Shown here piece after piece: positions 1-9,093 of a stretch of DNA of 64,000 nucleotides. The stretch comes from Candidatus Iainarchaeum sp. (GTDB lineage: Archaea; Iainarchaeota; Iainarchaeia; Iainarchaeales; UBA10191): the NCBI GenBank assembly GCA_030649735.1, contig JAUSFL010000023.1, positions 44,617 through 108,616 on the forward strand, given 5' to 3'. The translations under genes and the position numbers were made by a program. The notes under the pieces are model-generated. The model was given only the letters and a program-made list of their open reading frames with translations. It ran no database searches and was not told where the DNA came from. Within the stretch, counting starts at the first letter, position 1; each line of letters starts with the position of its first letter.

Positions 1-608
1 AATTGCAGGCTGACGCGTTGTTCATTCATTTGAACGCTGCCCAAGAGGCATTGCAAAAGGATGGAACTCCAAACTTCAAGAACTGCATCAAGCAATTATA
101 TGATTTTTGCGAGGCTTTTGAAAAGCCGGTTATTTTGAAGGAAGTGGGTAATGGAATTTCCGGAACCACTGCCGAAATGCTAAAGGACGTTGAGTTTGAG
201 GCTTTGGATGTTGCGGGCGCTGGCGGGACTTCCTGGACTGCAATTGATTCTTTAAGGGGCAATAAGGAAATTGCGGAAACTTTTTGGGATTTTGGAACCC
301 CGACTGCAGTGAGCTTGATTCAGGCAAGAATGGTTTTTGATTCCACTCCAATAATCGCTTCTGGAGGAATCCGCTCCGGGCTTGACGTTGCAAAAGCAAT
401 CACTTTAGGCGCTGACTTGGCTGGAACTGCAATGCCTGTACTGCATGCGCAGCACAAGGGTGGAGTGAAGGGAATTGAAGAATTGTTCTCAAAAATGCAG
501 AAAGAATTCAGGATTGGAATGTTTTTGACTGGCGCAAAAAAGCCCGAGGAATTAAAGGGCAGAAAGTATTACTTGTTTGGAAAAACCGCGGAATGGGTCG
601 AGCAATAA
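1..608 (+). CDS. fni: Type 2 (FMN-dependent) isopentenyl-diphosphate delta-isomerase, 5'-truncated by window edge
   Basis: Motifs HLNAAQE, PVILKEVGNG, DVAGAGGTSW, IASGGIRSGLDVAKAITLGA. Confidence 0.93.
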   Translation, partial: LQADALFIHLNAAQEALQKDGTPNFKNCIKQLYDFCEAFEKPVILKEVGNGISGTTAEMLKDVEFEALDVAGAGGTSWTAIDSLRGNKEIAETFWDFGTPTAVSLIQARMVFDSTPIIASGGIRSGLDVAKAITLGADLAGTAMPVLHAQHKGGVKGIEELFSKMQKEFRIGMFLTGAKKPEELKGRKYYLFGKTAEWVEQ

Positions 609-1073
609 ATGCCTGCCAGAAAGCCGGCAAAGCCTGGAAGAAAAGAATTGATAAAGCAGATTAGAATGTTTGGCAGCGACGGCTACACTCCTGCTGGTTT
701 AAGGGCTGAAAGCGCAAGTTTTAGGCAATCTGAGAGTCTTTTCAAGAGAACAGATTATCGCCCAGAGTATGCGGAGAATTCCAGAAGAGCTGCGATTGCC
801 TCAAGGTTTGCTGCAATGCAAAAGTCAGGGGCTTTGGAACGAATTAAATTAAGGGCTGCTGCCGGAAGAAAAAGCAAGGCTTCAAGAAAAATGGTAGTTG
901 CAAATATTAAAAGTTTGAGGAAGAAAAGTTATTCTCCGGAAGAATTAAGGGCTGCAAGCAGGCAGCTTAGCGCAAGAGGCCATAAGGAACTGGCTTTGGC
1001 CACTCGTTTTTCAGCAATGGAAAAGTCCGGCTCTTTGAAGAGATTGAAAAAAAACTCTAAAGCAAGGCGCTAA
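609..1073 (+). CDS. Orphan basic protein with two internal repeats
   Basis: 154-aa ORF whose ATG directly follows the fni TAA; repeat units Y(T/S)PxxLRAxS...A(I/L)A(S/T)RF(A/S)AM(Q/E)KSG(A/S)LxR. Confidence 0.7.
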   Translation: MPARKPAKPGRKELIKQIRMFGSDGYTPAGLRAESASFRQSESLFKRTDYRPEYAENSRRAAIASRFAAMQKSGALERIKLRAAAGRKSKASRKMVVANIKSLRKKSYSPEELRAASRQLSARGHKELALATRFSAMEKSGSLKRLKKNSKARR

Positions 1074-1126
1074 TTTCTTCATTTTTCGCTTTTTTCCAAG
1101 GGCTTAAATACCAAAAGGCTTTTATT

Positions 1127-1152
1127 AACTGTAATCAGTAAATAATACAGTT
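1127..1152. promoter_or_regulatory. Inverted repeat AACTGTA-N12-TACAGTT in the TrmB-gene promoter (candidate operator)
   Basis: Perfect 7-bp arms at 1127-1133 and 1146-1152, next to TATA-like TTTATTAA (1121-1128). Confidence 0.35.
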
Positions 1153-1179
1153 TTGCGTGTTTTTCTAGAGTGATTTTTA

Positions 1180-1941
1180 ATGGCTGCTGAATCGATTGAA
1201 TTGCTGGAGCAATTAGGGCTTACAGAATACGAGGCCAAGACTCTTTCCACATTGTTCAGGCTTAAGGAAACAGAGGCTCCGGAAATCAGCCGCTTGGCCC
1301 AGGTTCCAAAAACAAGGGTTTATGATGTATTGGAGCGCTTGACAAAGCGCGGCCTGGTGATTGAAATTTACGGCAGGCCGAAAAAATACCGCGTTATGGA
1401 GCCGGAAACTGTCTTTGAAGAATTGATTAATGGAAAAAAGGCGGAGATTAAAGGCCTTGAGGAAAAGGCAAGGATTGTCAAAAACTTGTTTGGCAATGTG
1501 AAGCTTTCTGAAGAAGAGTCCGGGGAAAAAGTCATGAAAGTCAAGGACAAGAATGACTTTTTGCGGATTCTCGCGCAAGAAATTGATTCCGCAAAAAGCG
1601 AGGTTGTGGCTTTCTCAAAGCTTGACGAAAACCAGGCAATCTTGAAGGAAGCATTGCATAATGCCTTGGAAAGGAATGTTAACGTGAAAATGCTTTCAAA
1701 AGTCCCAAAGTCTTTAAGCGCTGAGGCAAAGCTTTTTTCAAAGAATGGAATGTCCTTGAGAGACCATGATCATGGAATGAACGCTTACATCATTGATGGA
1801 AAAAAAGTCATTTTGGCATTGAGCGATTTTTCAAAGGAAAAGCCAGAATACCATTTTACTATCTGGAACAACCACAAGCCAATGGTCAACACAATCCAGA
1901 AATACTTTGACCACTGCTGGGCCCAAGGCAAAGATGTTTGA
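1180..1941 (+). CDS. TrmB-family transcriptional regulator (wHTH plus PLD-like C-terminal domain)
   Basis: LGLTEYEAK...EISRLAQVPKTRVYDVLERL...GRPKKY; C-terminal AKSEV...YIIDGKKVI. Confidence 0.9.
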   Translation: MAAESIELLEQLGLTEYEAKTLSTLFRLKETEAPEISRLAQVPKTRVYDVLERLTKRGLVIEIYGRPKKYRVMEPETVFEELINGKKAEIKGLEEKARIVKNLFGNVKLSEEESGEKVMKVKDKNDFLRILAQEIDSAKSEVVAFSKLDENQAILKEALHNALERNVNVKMLSKVPKSLSAEAKLFSKNGMSLRDHDHGMNAYIIDGKKVILALSDFSKEKPEYHFTIWNNHKPMVNTIQKYFDHCWAQGKDV

Positions 1942-1943
1942 AA

Positions 1944-2165
1944 ATGCCCGCCAGAAAAACTCCTTTTTTGAAAAGAAAGAACAACAAGCGCGTTGTTCTA
2001 AGGCATGCTGAATTCTTCCAAACAAGGCTGCGCGAGGACAACTTGTTTTTTGGAAAAATGGTTCTGGACGCGTCAAAGGCTGCAACGGGTAAAAAAAAGT
2101 CTTCTTTGCGCAGGATTGCGATTGCAAGGCGTTATGCCTCAATGCTGCAAGGGAAAAAGCAGTGA
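1944..2165 (+). CDS. Small orphan basic protein
   Basis: ATG at 1944 (MPARKTPFLKRK); K/R-rich; fills the gap after TrmB. Confidence 0.5.
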   Translation: MPARKTPFLKRKNNKRVVLRHAEFFQTRLREDNLFFGKMVLDASKAATGKKKSSLRRIAIARRYASMLQGKKQ

Positions 2166-2221
2166 TTAAGTCCGGCAAAGCCGCAATCTAATTTATTAAT
2201 TCTCAAGCGCTATTTTTTTGC

Positions 2222-2923
2222 ATGCCTGCAAAAAAGCCAAGGCTTTCCAATACTAGGAATTTTTTGAAGAAAATGCCGCAGCTTGCATTTCGCGGAACAA
2301 CGCTAGACCATATTCCTCAAGAAATACATTATGGAAAAAAGCGCGTTGAGGGAATTCCTCACTTTTTCATTACTACTGAAGACTTGTTTCATGGAAAGAC
2401 AAGAAACATTGTGCACAGGCTTTACTCCACTGTTGCAGAGTCAATGAACAGCGCGTTCCATTATTCTGGAGCGAAAATTGGGTTTGAAAACCATTCTTTG
2501 ACTGTTTCAAAGCCGTCAAAAACTCCAGTCGTTCTTTTGGTAGTCAATCCAAGGAAAGGCAAGGGAGCTCATGTTGAAAGCTGGAATTTTCCTGAAGAAA
2601 GAAGGGCTTTTTCCACAACTAATATTGCCACTGTGAAAAAAGCTAAAGACAACAGAATCCTTAATGTTACTGAAATTCCGCAGTTTGGAAAGAACGCGAA
2701 AGTCTTGCCCATTGAAATTTCAGAAAAAGACTTTGCCGACGCGAATAAAGCTTGGGAAGCTTACAGGCAGAAAAACATTGAATTGTTCAGCAAAGGCTAT
2801 GCTGAAGGCCACAGTGCCATCAATTTTGCCTACAATTTTTTGATAAGGCGTGTGACGCAAAAGGCATTGCCTTTAATCAGGCAGAATGCAATGTTTGGGC
2901 GGGCAGTTAGGAAAAAGCCTTAA
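2222..2923 (+). CDS. Orphan basic protein
   Basis: 233-aa ORF, MPAKKPR...RAVRKKP; TATA-like TTTATTAA about 25-30 nt upstream. Confidence 0.7.
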   Translation: MPAKKPRLSNTRNFLKKMPQLAFRGTTLDHIPQEIHYGKKRVEGIPHFFITTEDLFHGKTRNIVHRLYSTVAESMNSAFHYSGAKIGFENHSLTVSKPSKTPVVLLVVNPRKGKGAHVESWNFPEERRAFSTTNIATVKKAKDNRILNVTEIPQFGKNAKVLPIEISEKDFADANKAWEAYRQKNIELFSKGYAEGHSAINFAYNFLIRRVTQKALPLIRQNAMFGRAVRKKP

Positions 2924-2968
2924 ATGCCTTTCACCTTTAATTTAATTGATTGAGTTTTAGTGGTAATT

Positions 2969-4678
2969 ATGGGATTTGAGGATGTTGCTTACAGGTATGC
3001 CATAAAGAATGCCTTTTTGCATGCTGGAAAGGCAGACCTTGCGGCAGTTGTTGGAAAAGTCATTGCGTTAAAAAAAGACCTGGATTTTGTCTCTGCAATG
3101 CCGCGAATTAAGGAAATTGTCGCGCAAGTGAATGCAATGTCTTTTGAGCAAATCAAGGAAGAGTATGAAAAGTTTTCTGAAACAGGCTACGAGCTAAAGC
3201 CAAAAGACAAGGAAGAAGGCCTTCCACCTTTAGACTGGGCAGAGAAAGGCGAGGAATTGGTTGCAAGAATTGCGCCAAACCCTTCAAGTGTAATGCACTT
3301 GGGGCATGCGAGGCAAGTTATTCCAAACTATTACTATGTTGAAAAATATGGCGGAAAATTCATTTTGCGTTTTGACGACACTGACCCTAAAGTGAAAAGG
3401 CCAATGCCAATGCAAGAGGCAAAAAAATGCTATCTTGAAGATTTGGAATGGCTTGGAGTGAAGAAAATTTCAACAATATTCTTTGCATCAGATAGGATTG
3501 AAAGATATCACGAGATTATTGGAAAGCTTTTTGAAATGGGAAAAGCATATGTTTGTGACTGCGAGCCTGAAAAATGGCGTGAACTAACTAAAAACTCCAA
3601 GGCTTGTCCTTGCCGCGAGCTTTCAGTGGAAGACCAGATTGCAAAATGGAAGAAAATGCTTTCCCACGAGTTTAAGGAAGGCCAAGTTGTTGCAAGAGTT
3701 AAGACTGACTTGAATGACAAGGACCCGAGCATTAGGGACTGGTGGCTTGCAAAAATTGTTGACAATCCAGACCACCCAAATCCCGTAACCAAGGGAGTTC
3801 ATGTTTGGCCGTCTTATAATTTAGCTTCAGTGGTTGATGACCATGATTTTGGAGTCACTTTAATCATTCGCGGACAAGAGCACGCGCAAAACGCAACAAA
3901 GCAAAAATGGGTTGCTGATTATTTTGGCTGGGTTTACCCGCACACTATCACGACTGGTAGAATAAGGCTTGAAGGCTCTTTAATGAGCAAGAGCAAAATC
4001 AAGGCGGCAATTGAAGCCGGAGAGCTTTCCGGAGTTGATGATCCAAGGGTTGGAACAATCCAGACTTTGCGCAGGCGTGGGATTACTCCAGAGTCTTTGC
4101 AGAAAGTAATTTTGAATTTGGGAATTAATCCTAATGATTCAGTAATTAGTGTTGACGCTTTGTATGACGCGAATCGCAAAATCATTGATCCAATTTCTGA
4201 CAGAGTAAGCTTTGTTGAAGATCCAATTCAATTGGACGTGCAGTTTTCTCCAAGGTTTGAGGTTAAAGTTCCAATCCATCCTGACTTTCCAGAACGCGGG
4301 GAAAAAGTTTTTGCGCTTTCTGAAGGCAGCCAAATTTTCACTGTCTCTAAAAAAGAGCTTGAAAAGCTCAAGGTTGGAGAGACTTTCCGCTTGAGGAATG
4401 CGTACAATGCAAAGCTTGTTGACTTGAAAGACAAGGTGGCTTTTGCGCATTTCACTGGCTTTGAAAAGATCAACAAGATAGTTCTTGTCTGGCTTTTGCC
4501 TGAAGAATTGGTTGATGCTGAAGTGACAATGGATGATGCTGAAAAAGTTGAAGGCGTTGCTGAATCTTTCATTCTGGAAAAGAAAGCCGGCGACCGCGTG
4601 CTTTTGGAAAAGTTTGGCTATTGCATTGTTGACGAATGCTCGAAAAAGCTTGTGAAGCTTTGGTATTCGCACAAATAG
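2969..4678 (+). CDS. gltX: Glutamate--tRNA ligase (archaeal type)
   Basis: RIAPNPS, HLGH (HIGH), LRFDDTDP, CxC..CPCR zinc motif, IIRGQEH, MSKS, DDPRVGT. Confidence 0.96.
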   Translation: MGFEDVAYRYAIKNAFLHAGKADLAAVVGKVIALKKDLDFVSAMPRIKEIVAQVNAMSFEQIKEEYEKFSETGYELKPKDKEEGLPPLDWAEKGEELVARIAPNPSSVMHLGHARQVIPNYYYVEKYGGKFILRFDDTDPKVKRPMPMQEAKKCYLEDLEWLGVKKISTIFFASDRIERYHEIIGKLFEMGKAYVCDCEPEKWRELTKNSKACPCRELSVEDQIAKWKKMLSHEFKEGQVVARVKTDLNDKDPSIRDWWLAKIVDNPDHPNPVTKGVHVWPSYNLASVVDDHDFGVTLIIRGQEHAQNATKQKWVADYFGWVYPHTITTGRIRLEGSLMSKSKIKAAIEAGELSGVDDPRVGTIQTLRRRGITPESLQKVILNLGINPNDSVISVDALYDANRKIIDPISDRVSFVEDPIQLDVQFSPRFEVKVPIHPDFPERGEKVFALSEGSQIFTVSKKELEKLKVGETFRLRNAYNAKLVDLKDKVAFAHFTGFEKINKIVLVWLLPEELVDAEVTMDDAEKVEGVAESFILEKKAGDRVLLEKFGYCIVDECSKKLVKLWYSHK

Positions 4679-4770
4679 AGTTAGGCACTACATGTTTTGA
4701 ACTCTTGAAAGGAAAACGCTTTCTTTTTTAAAGATTCCCTCGCAAGAGTATTGTATTAATTTAGTTTTAA

Positions 4771-4809
4771 GCCAATGAAAAAAGCCCTATTTGCGGCTTT
4801 AAGAGGTGA
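4771..4809 (+). promoter_or_regulatory. Kink-turn in the rpl7ae 5' UTR overlapping the Shine-Dalgarno (candidate L7Ae autoregulatory element)
   Basis: GCC-AAU-GA-AA-AAAGCC[loop]GGCUUU-AA-GA-GGU: C-stem GCC/GGU, 3-nt bulge ending in U, tandem G-A/A-G, NC stem; SD GAGGTGA at 4803-4809. Confidence 0.7.
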
Positions 4810-4815
4810 TTTAAA

Positions 4816-5178
4816 ATGGCTAATTTTGGTTTTGAAGTCCCGAAAGAATTGCAGGAAAAGCAACTGCAGTTTTTGGAAAAAATCCACAAGGGCGGGAAAA
4901 TAAAAGTCGGAGTCAATGAAACAACCAAAATGGTTGAGCGCGGAACAGCAAAATTAGTCATTGTCGCAAAAGACGTTTCGCCTGCAGAATTGGTAATGCA
5001 CTTGCCTTTAATCTGCAAGGAAAAGAACATTCCGTGCACTTTTGTCGACACTAAGAAAGAGCTTGGCGAAAGAGCAGGCATTGGAGTGGGCACTTCAGCA
5101 ATTGCTGTTGTTGACGAAGGCGAAGCAAAAAAAGACCTTGAAGACATTGTCAAGAAAGTCAAGGAATTGGCAAAGTAG
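4816..5178 (+). CDS. rpl7ae: 50S ribosomal protein L7Ae
   Basis: GKIKVGVNETTKMVERG..KLVIVAKDVSP..HLPLIC.EKNIP..ELGERAGIGVG. Confidence 0.97.
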   Translation: MANFGFEVPKELQEKQLQFLEKIHKGGKIKVGVNETTKMVERGTAKLVIVAKDVSPAELVMHLPLICKEKNIPCTFVDTKKELGERAGIGVGTSAIAVVDEGEAKKDLEDIVKKVKELAK

Positions 5179-5188
5179 GTGAATGTTT

Positions 5189-5398
5189 ATGGCAGAGCAG
5201 GGAACTCCGGCAGAAATTGTTGAAATTGTAAAAAGAACTGGCGCTAATGGAGAAATCATCCAAGTCCTTTGCAGGATTCTTGAAGGCGAGGAAAAAGGCC
5301 GAATCAAAAGGCGAAACGTTAAGGGAAACTGCAAGGTCGGCGACGTTCTTATTTTGCTAAGCGCTGAAAGAGAAGCCAAGGAAATCAGGGCAAGGTAA
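5189..5398 (+). CDS. rps28e: 30S ribosomal protein S28e
   Basis: PAEIVEIVKRTG..GEIIQV.CRILEG..KGR.KRRNVKG...GDVLILL..EREA; conserved L7Ae-S28e-L24e-ndk order. Confidence 0.95.
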   Translation: MAEQGTPAEIVEIVKRTGANGEIIQVLCRILEGEEKGRIKRRNVKGNCKVGDVLILLSAEREAKEIRAR

Positions 5399-5412
5399 AA
5401 GGGTGTGCTTTA

Positions 5413-5622
5413 ATGAACTGTACTTTTTGCGGTAAAGAAATCCTTAAAGGGACTGGAAAAATTTTCGTGACCAAAGAAGGCAATGTCAGCTATTTTTGCG
5501 CCCAAAAGTGCGAAAAGAATTCCTTAAAGCTGGGAAGGAAAAAGGAAAAAGTCAAGTGGACTGCGGCCTACCAGAAGGAAAAGAAAGTAAGGCTTATTGC
5601 ACTGCACAAGAAAGAAAAGTGA
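5413..5622 (+). CDS. rpl24e: 50S ribosomal protein L24e
   Basis: CTFCG..I.KGTGKIFV..EG...YFC..KC...LGRK...VKWT. Confidence 0.95.
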   Translation: MNCTFCGKEILKGTGKIFVTKEGNVSYFCAQKCEKNSLKLGRKKEKVKWTAAYQKEKKVRLIALHKKEK

Positions 5623-5630
5623 AATTCTGA

Positions 5631-6122
5631 ATGATTGAAAAAACTCTCGTGCTTTTGAAGCCTGATGCTGTCCAAAGAAGCCTTGCTGGGGAAATCATTT
5701 CACGGTTTGAGAGAGCCGGCTTGAAAATCATTGGAATGAAGCTGGTTCACATTGACAAGGAATTTGCAAGAAAGCATTACACTGAAGATGTTGCGAAAAG
5801 GCGCGGCGAGCAAGTGAGGAACTGGCTTATAGAATATATTACTGAAGGCCCTGTTGTTGCATTGGTTTTGGAAGGCGTTGACGCAATAGACCATGTGAGG
5901 AAATTGACTGGGGTTACAGAGCCTAAAAGCGCTGCTCCTGGAACAATCCGCGGAGATTACGCGCACATGAGCTATGGGCATGCTGACGAAAAGAAAATTC
6001 CCATAAAAAATCTCGTTCATGCCTCGGGAAACAAGGAAGACGCTGAATTTGAAGTTCCATTATGGTTTTCTGAAAGCGAATTGTTTGATTACAAGACAGT
6101 GCATCAGCACTTGACGCAATAA
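5631..6122 (+). CDS. ndk: Nucleoside diphosphate kinase
   Basis: EKTLVLLKPDAVQR, APGTIRGDY, NLVHAS catalytic His. Confidence 0.96.
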   Translation: MIEKTLVLLKPDAVQRSLAGEIISRFERAGLKIIGMKLVHIDKEFARKHYTEDVAKRRGEQVRNWLIEYITEGPVVALVLEGVDAIDHVRKLTGVTEPKSAAPGTIRGDYAHMSYGHADEKKIPIKNLVHASGNKEDAEFEVPLWFSESELFDYKTVHQHLTQ

Positions 6123-6143
6123 TTTTTCCCGCGTTTTCTAATT

Positions 6144-6596
6144 TTACTGTTTTTCCCAAGGGTAAACTATCCAAGCGCTGGTTTCTTCCATGAAGTAGTC
6201 TGGCTTGTGCATTGAGCCTGGCTTTTTGTGCAGTACTGCGGTCTTGATTGATTTTGGCTTTTGCCTTTTGAGGATTTTTTTTATCAATTCCAGGCTTTCT
6301 CCGGAGTCTGCGACTTCATCAATGACTAAAACCCTTTTTCCCGTGCAGAGTTTTTTTGGAATGTCCTGCTGGAAAACAAGTTCTGCCTTTTGGTGCTTTA
6401 AGTCCTTGTAGTGGATGCATTTTACAGCGTACAATTCCTTGTTGTCGAGCTCGTGGGAAATTATCAATGCGGGAAAAAGCCCTCCGCGAATCACTGCAAC
6501 CAAAATTTGAGGCCTGAATTTTGAATTAATCACTTTCCAGGCCAATTGCCTTGAGAGCGAGTCAGTCGCTTTCCAGTTGTAAAATTGCTTTTCCAT
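6144..6596 (-). CDS. Purine phosphoribosyltransferase (hypoxanthine/guanine/xanthine PRT-like)
   Basis: VAVIRGG, PRPP loop VLVIDEVADSGES, PDYF...WIVYPWE. Confidence 0.88.
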   Translation of the reverse strand: MEKQFYNWKATDSLSRQLAWKVINSKFRPQILVAVIRGGLFPALIISHELDNKELYAVKCIHYKDLKHQKAELVFQQDIPKKLCTGKRVLVIDEVADSGESLELIKKILKRQKPKSIKTAVLHKKPGSMHKPDYFMEETSAWIVYPWEKQ

Positions 6597-6693
6597 AATT
6601 ACTTAACTTTTCAGGCTTTTTAAATGATTTCCTTTAAGGCGCCTGGAAAAGGCATTGTTTTATTATGGGTTTTTCCCAAATTCAATTTAACTT

Positions 6694-7215
6694 ATGACTA
6701 TTGAAGAAAAACCAAGGCCCGCGGTTCCTGACTGCAAGAGAATTTCCTGGGATGAATACTTTATGGAAATTGCCCGTGCTTCTGCAAAGCGCGCTTCCTG
6801 CTTCAAAAAGCAGGCCGGCGCAGTGATTGTGAAAAACAAGCAGATTCTTTCAACTGGATTTAATGGCGCTCCGCGCGGAGTCAAGGACTGCTTTGAAAAA
6901 GGCGAGTGCATGCGCCAGAAGGACAATGTTCCTTCAGGAACCCGCTTGGAGTATTGCATGGCAACCCATGCAGAGCAGAATGCAATTGTTCAGGCAGCGC
7001 GTTCTGGAGTTTCAATAGATAATTCAGCGCTTTACACTACTGTCCAGCCTTGCGTTTTGTGCGCAAAGGTAATCATTAATGCTGGAATTAAGGAAGTTGT
7101 TTTTGAAATTCCCCAAAAAGACTTCAACAAAAAGCAGCCATTGCCTGAGTCAGACTTGCTTGCCGCTTCTCTTTTGGAAGAGGCCGGCGTCAAGGTAAGG
7201 CAGTGGAAAAAGTAA
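6694..7215 (+). CDS. dCMP deaminase family protein
   Basis: RISWDEYFM..A...A.R.SC, STGFNGAPRG, HAEQNA, PCVLC. Confidence 0.92.
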   Translation: MTIEEKPRPAVPDCKRISWDEYFMEIARASAKRASCFKKQAGAVIVKNKQILSTGFNGAPRGVKDCFEKGECMRQKDNVPSGTRLEYCMATHAEQNAIVQAARSGVSIDNSALYTTVQPCVLCAKVIINAGIKEVVFEIPQKDFNKKQPLPESDLLAASLLEEAGVKVRQWKK

Positions 7216-7229
7216 TCCTGGTTTTTTTT

Positions 7230-7754
7230 ATGCGTGAGCTAGAGCTTGAACGGACTTTTCTCGCAAAATTCCTGCCTGAAGGCCTTAAGGAATGCAAGCG
7301 CAAGGAAATAATTGACGTTTACATTCCAAGATCAAGGGAGCATCCTACTTTGAGGATTCGCAAGAATGGCGAAAGCTTTGAAATCACAAAGAAAGAGCCA
7401 GTGCAAGGCGATGATGCTTCAAAGCAATTGGAGCAGACAATTCATCTTTCCAAGGAAGAATTCGAGTCTCTTGCAAGGCTTGATGGAAAAAAAGTCGCAA
7501 AACTCAGGCATTATTACAAGTTTGGCGGAAAAACTTTTGAAATTGACGTTTTTTGCGGCGCGCTTGAAGGACTGGTTTTGGTTGACATTGAATTTGATGA
7601 CGAGAATGAAAAAGACTCTTTTGAAATGCCTGAATTCTGCCTTGCTGACGTGACTTTGGAAAAGTTTGCCGCGGGCGGAATGCTTTGCGGAAAATCATAC
7701 AAGGACATAGAGCCAGCATTGAAAAAATACGATTATAAAAAATTGTTTTTGTGA
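7230..7754 (+). CDS. CYTH-domain (triphosphate tunnel metalloenzyme) protein
   Basis: N-terminal ELERTF, LRIRK, K.R..Y, EIDVF.G.LEGLVLVDIEF. Confidence 0.8.
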   Translation: MRELELERTFLAKFLPEGLKECKRKEIIDVYIPRSREHPTLRIRKNGESFEITKKEPVQGDDASKQLEQTIHLSKEEFESLARLDGKKVAKLRHYYKFGGKTFEIDVFCGALEGLVLVDIEFDDENEKDSFEMPEFCLADVTLEKFAAGGMLCGKSYKDIEPALKKYDYKKLFL

Positions 7755-7759
7755 TTTCG

Positions 7760-8233
7760 ATGTATGAGCCGAAAAAAGAATTCATGCTTGCTGCAATCGA
7801 GGCTGCTTTGGGGGCAAAAAATATTGGCGATTATGCGATTGGCGCAGCGGTTGTGAAAGATGGAACGATTATTGCAAAGGCGGGCACAAGCGTCAAGACT
7901 GACCAAAACCCTGTAAACCATGGAGAAATGGTCGCCATTCAAAAGGCGGCGAAATTTTTGGGAAACAGGGTTTTGGAAGGTTGCGTTCTGTACACTACTC
8001 ACGAGCCTTGCCCAATGTGTGCTTCAGCCGCTGTTTGGGCCAGAATGGATGGGATTGTTTTTGGGGCAACAATGCAGGACATGTTTGAGTTTGCTTCAAA
8101 AAACAGGGGCAAGGAATTCTCTTGGAGGACTATTTCAATTTCTGCAGGAAAAGTTTTGGAAAAAGGAAACCCAAAGCTTTTTTTAGTCAAGGAATTCATG
8201 CGCAAGGAATGTGTTGAATTGTTCCATTGCTAG
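7760..8233 (+). CDS. Zinc-dependent nucleoside/nucleobase deaminase (guanine deaminase/TadA-like)
   Basis: IGAAVVKDG, HGEMVAI, LYTTHEPCPMCASA. Confidence 0.88.
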   Translation: MYEPKKEFMLAAIEAALGAKNIGDYAIGAAVVKDGTIIAKAGTSVKTDQNPVNHGEMVAIQKAAKFLGNRVLEGCVLYTTHEPCPMCASAAVWARMDGIVFGATMQDMFEFASKNRGKEFSWRTISISAGKVLEKGNPKLFLVKEFMRKECVELFHC

Positions 8234-8277
8234 ATTTTCCCGAGGTTTTATTAACAAAAAAAGCATGATTGTTCCTT

Positions 8278-9093
8278 ATGGGCCAGAAAGTTGTTGCAGT
8301 TATTGCAGCGCATAATGAGGAAGTTTCAATTCAGGACACTTTGGAAATCCTTAATTCTTTCAGGCAAAAAAGGCTGCTTGATGAAATTGTGGTTGTGAAT
8401 GACGGCAGCACTGATAGGACTGCTGAGATTGCAAGGCGTTTTGGCGCTGTTGTTGCAAGCCATTCAAGAAACCAGGGAAAGCGGGCTTGCTTTATTACTG
8501 GCGCTTTCAAAGCAAGGGAGCTTGGCGCTTCCACAATGTTTATGCTTGATGCGGACATCATGGAATTCCCGGAACAAACTTTCAGGAAAATGGTTTCTTC
8601 AGTGACTAGTGAGGGAAAGCTGATGGCAATTGCGCAGCAGTTTGAGGAATCGCCCAGCCCTAAGGAAGTCCTTGACGGCGTTTCGCATTACAAAGTCAAT
8701 AACTATCATTCTAATGCCCAAAGGGCTTTTAGCATTAGTGCATTGGAGCCATTGTTTAGGAACAACAAGAAGTGGGTTTCTTTGCTCACTTCAAAGGCTC
8801 ATAAGTTCTTGACTCGTACTGAAAAGGCTGCTGGCAGCAAGTGGGGCCTTGAGTTTGCGTTGGACTATTTGATTCCCGCAGGAAAAGCTGTCTTTCTTCA
8901 GGAATTTCCTGTTTGCACTAGGCCTGCTTTCAGGAAGAATTCCAACCATGGAATGGTGCAAGAGCAGGGCAGGGGAATTGTGAAAATGAAAATGGCTGAA
9001 AGGAAGAATGCCGCGAAAAAGCTTTGGAGATTAAGGGCGAGAAAAAAATTTGCCAAAAGCCCAAGGCATGTTGTTTTGAAAAGGCCGCTTTAG
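8278..9093 (+). CDS. Glycosyltransferase family 2 protein with long basic C-terminal tail
   Basis: AAHNEE, IVVVNDGSTDRT, NQGK, DAD motif, WGLE. Confidence 0.8.
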   Translation: MGQKVVAVIAAHNEEVSIQDTLEILNSFRQKRLLDEIVVVNDGSTDRTAEIARRFGAVVASHSRNQGKRACFITGAFKARELGASTMFMLDADIMEFPEQTFRKMVSSVTSEGKLMAIAQQFEESPSPKEVLDGVSHYKVNNYHSNAQRAFSISALEPLFRNNKKWVSLLTSKAHKFLTRTEKAAGSKWGLEFALDYLIPAGKAVFLQEFPVCTRPAFRKNSNHGMVQEQGRGIVKMKMAERKNAAKKLWRLRARKKFAKSPRHVVLKRPL

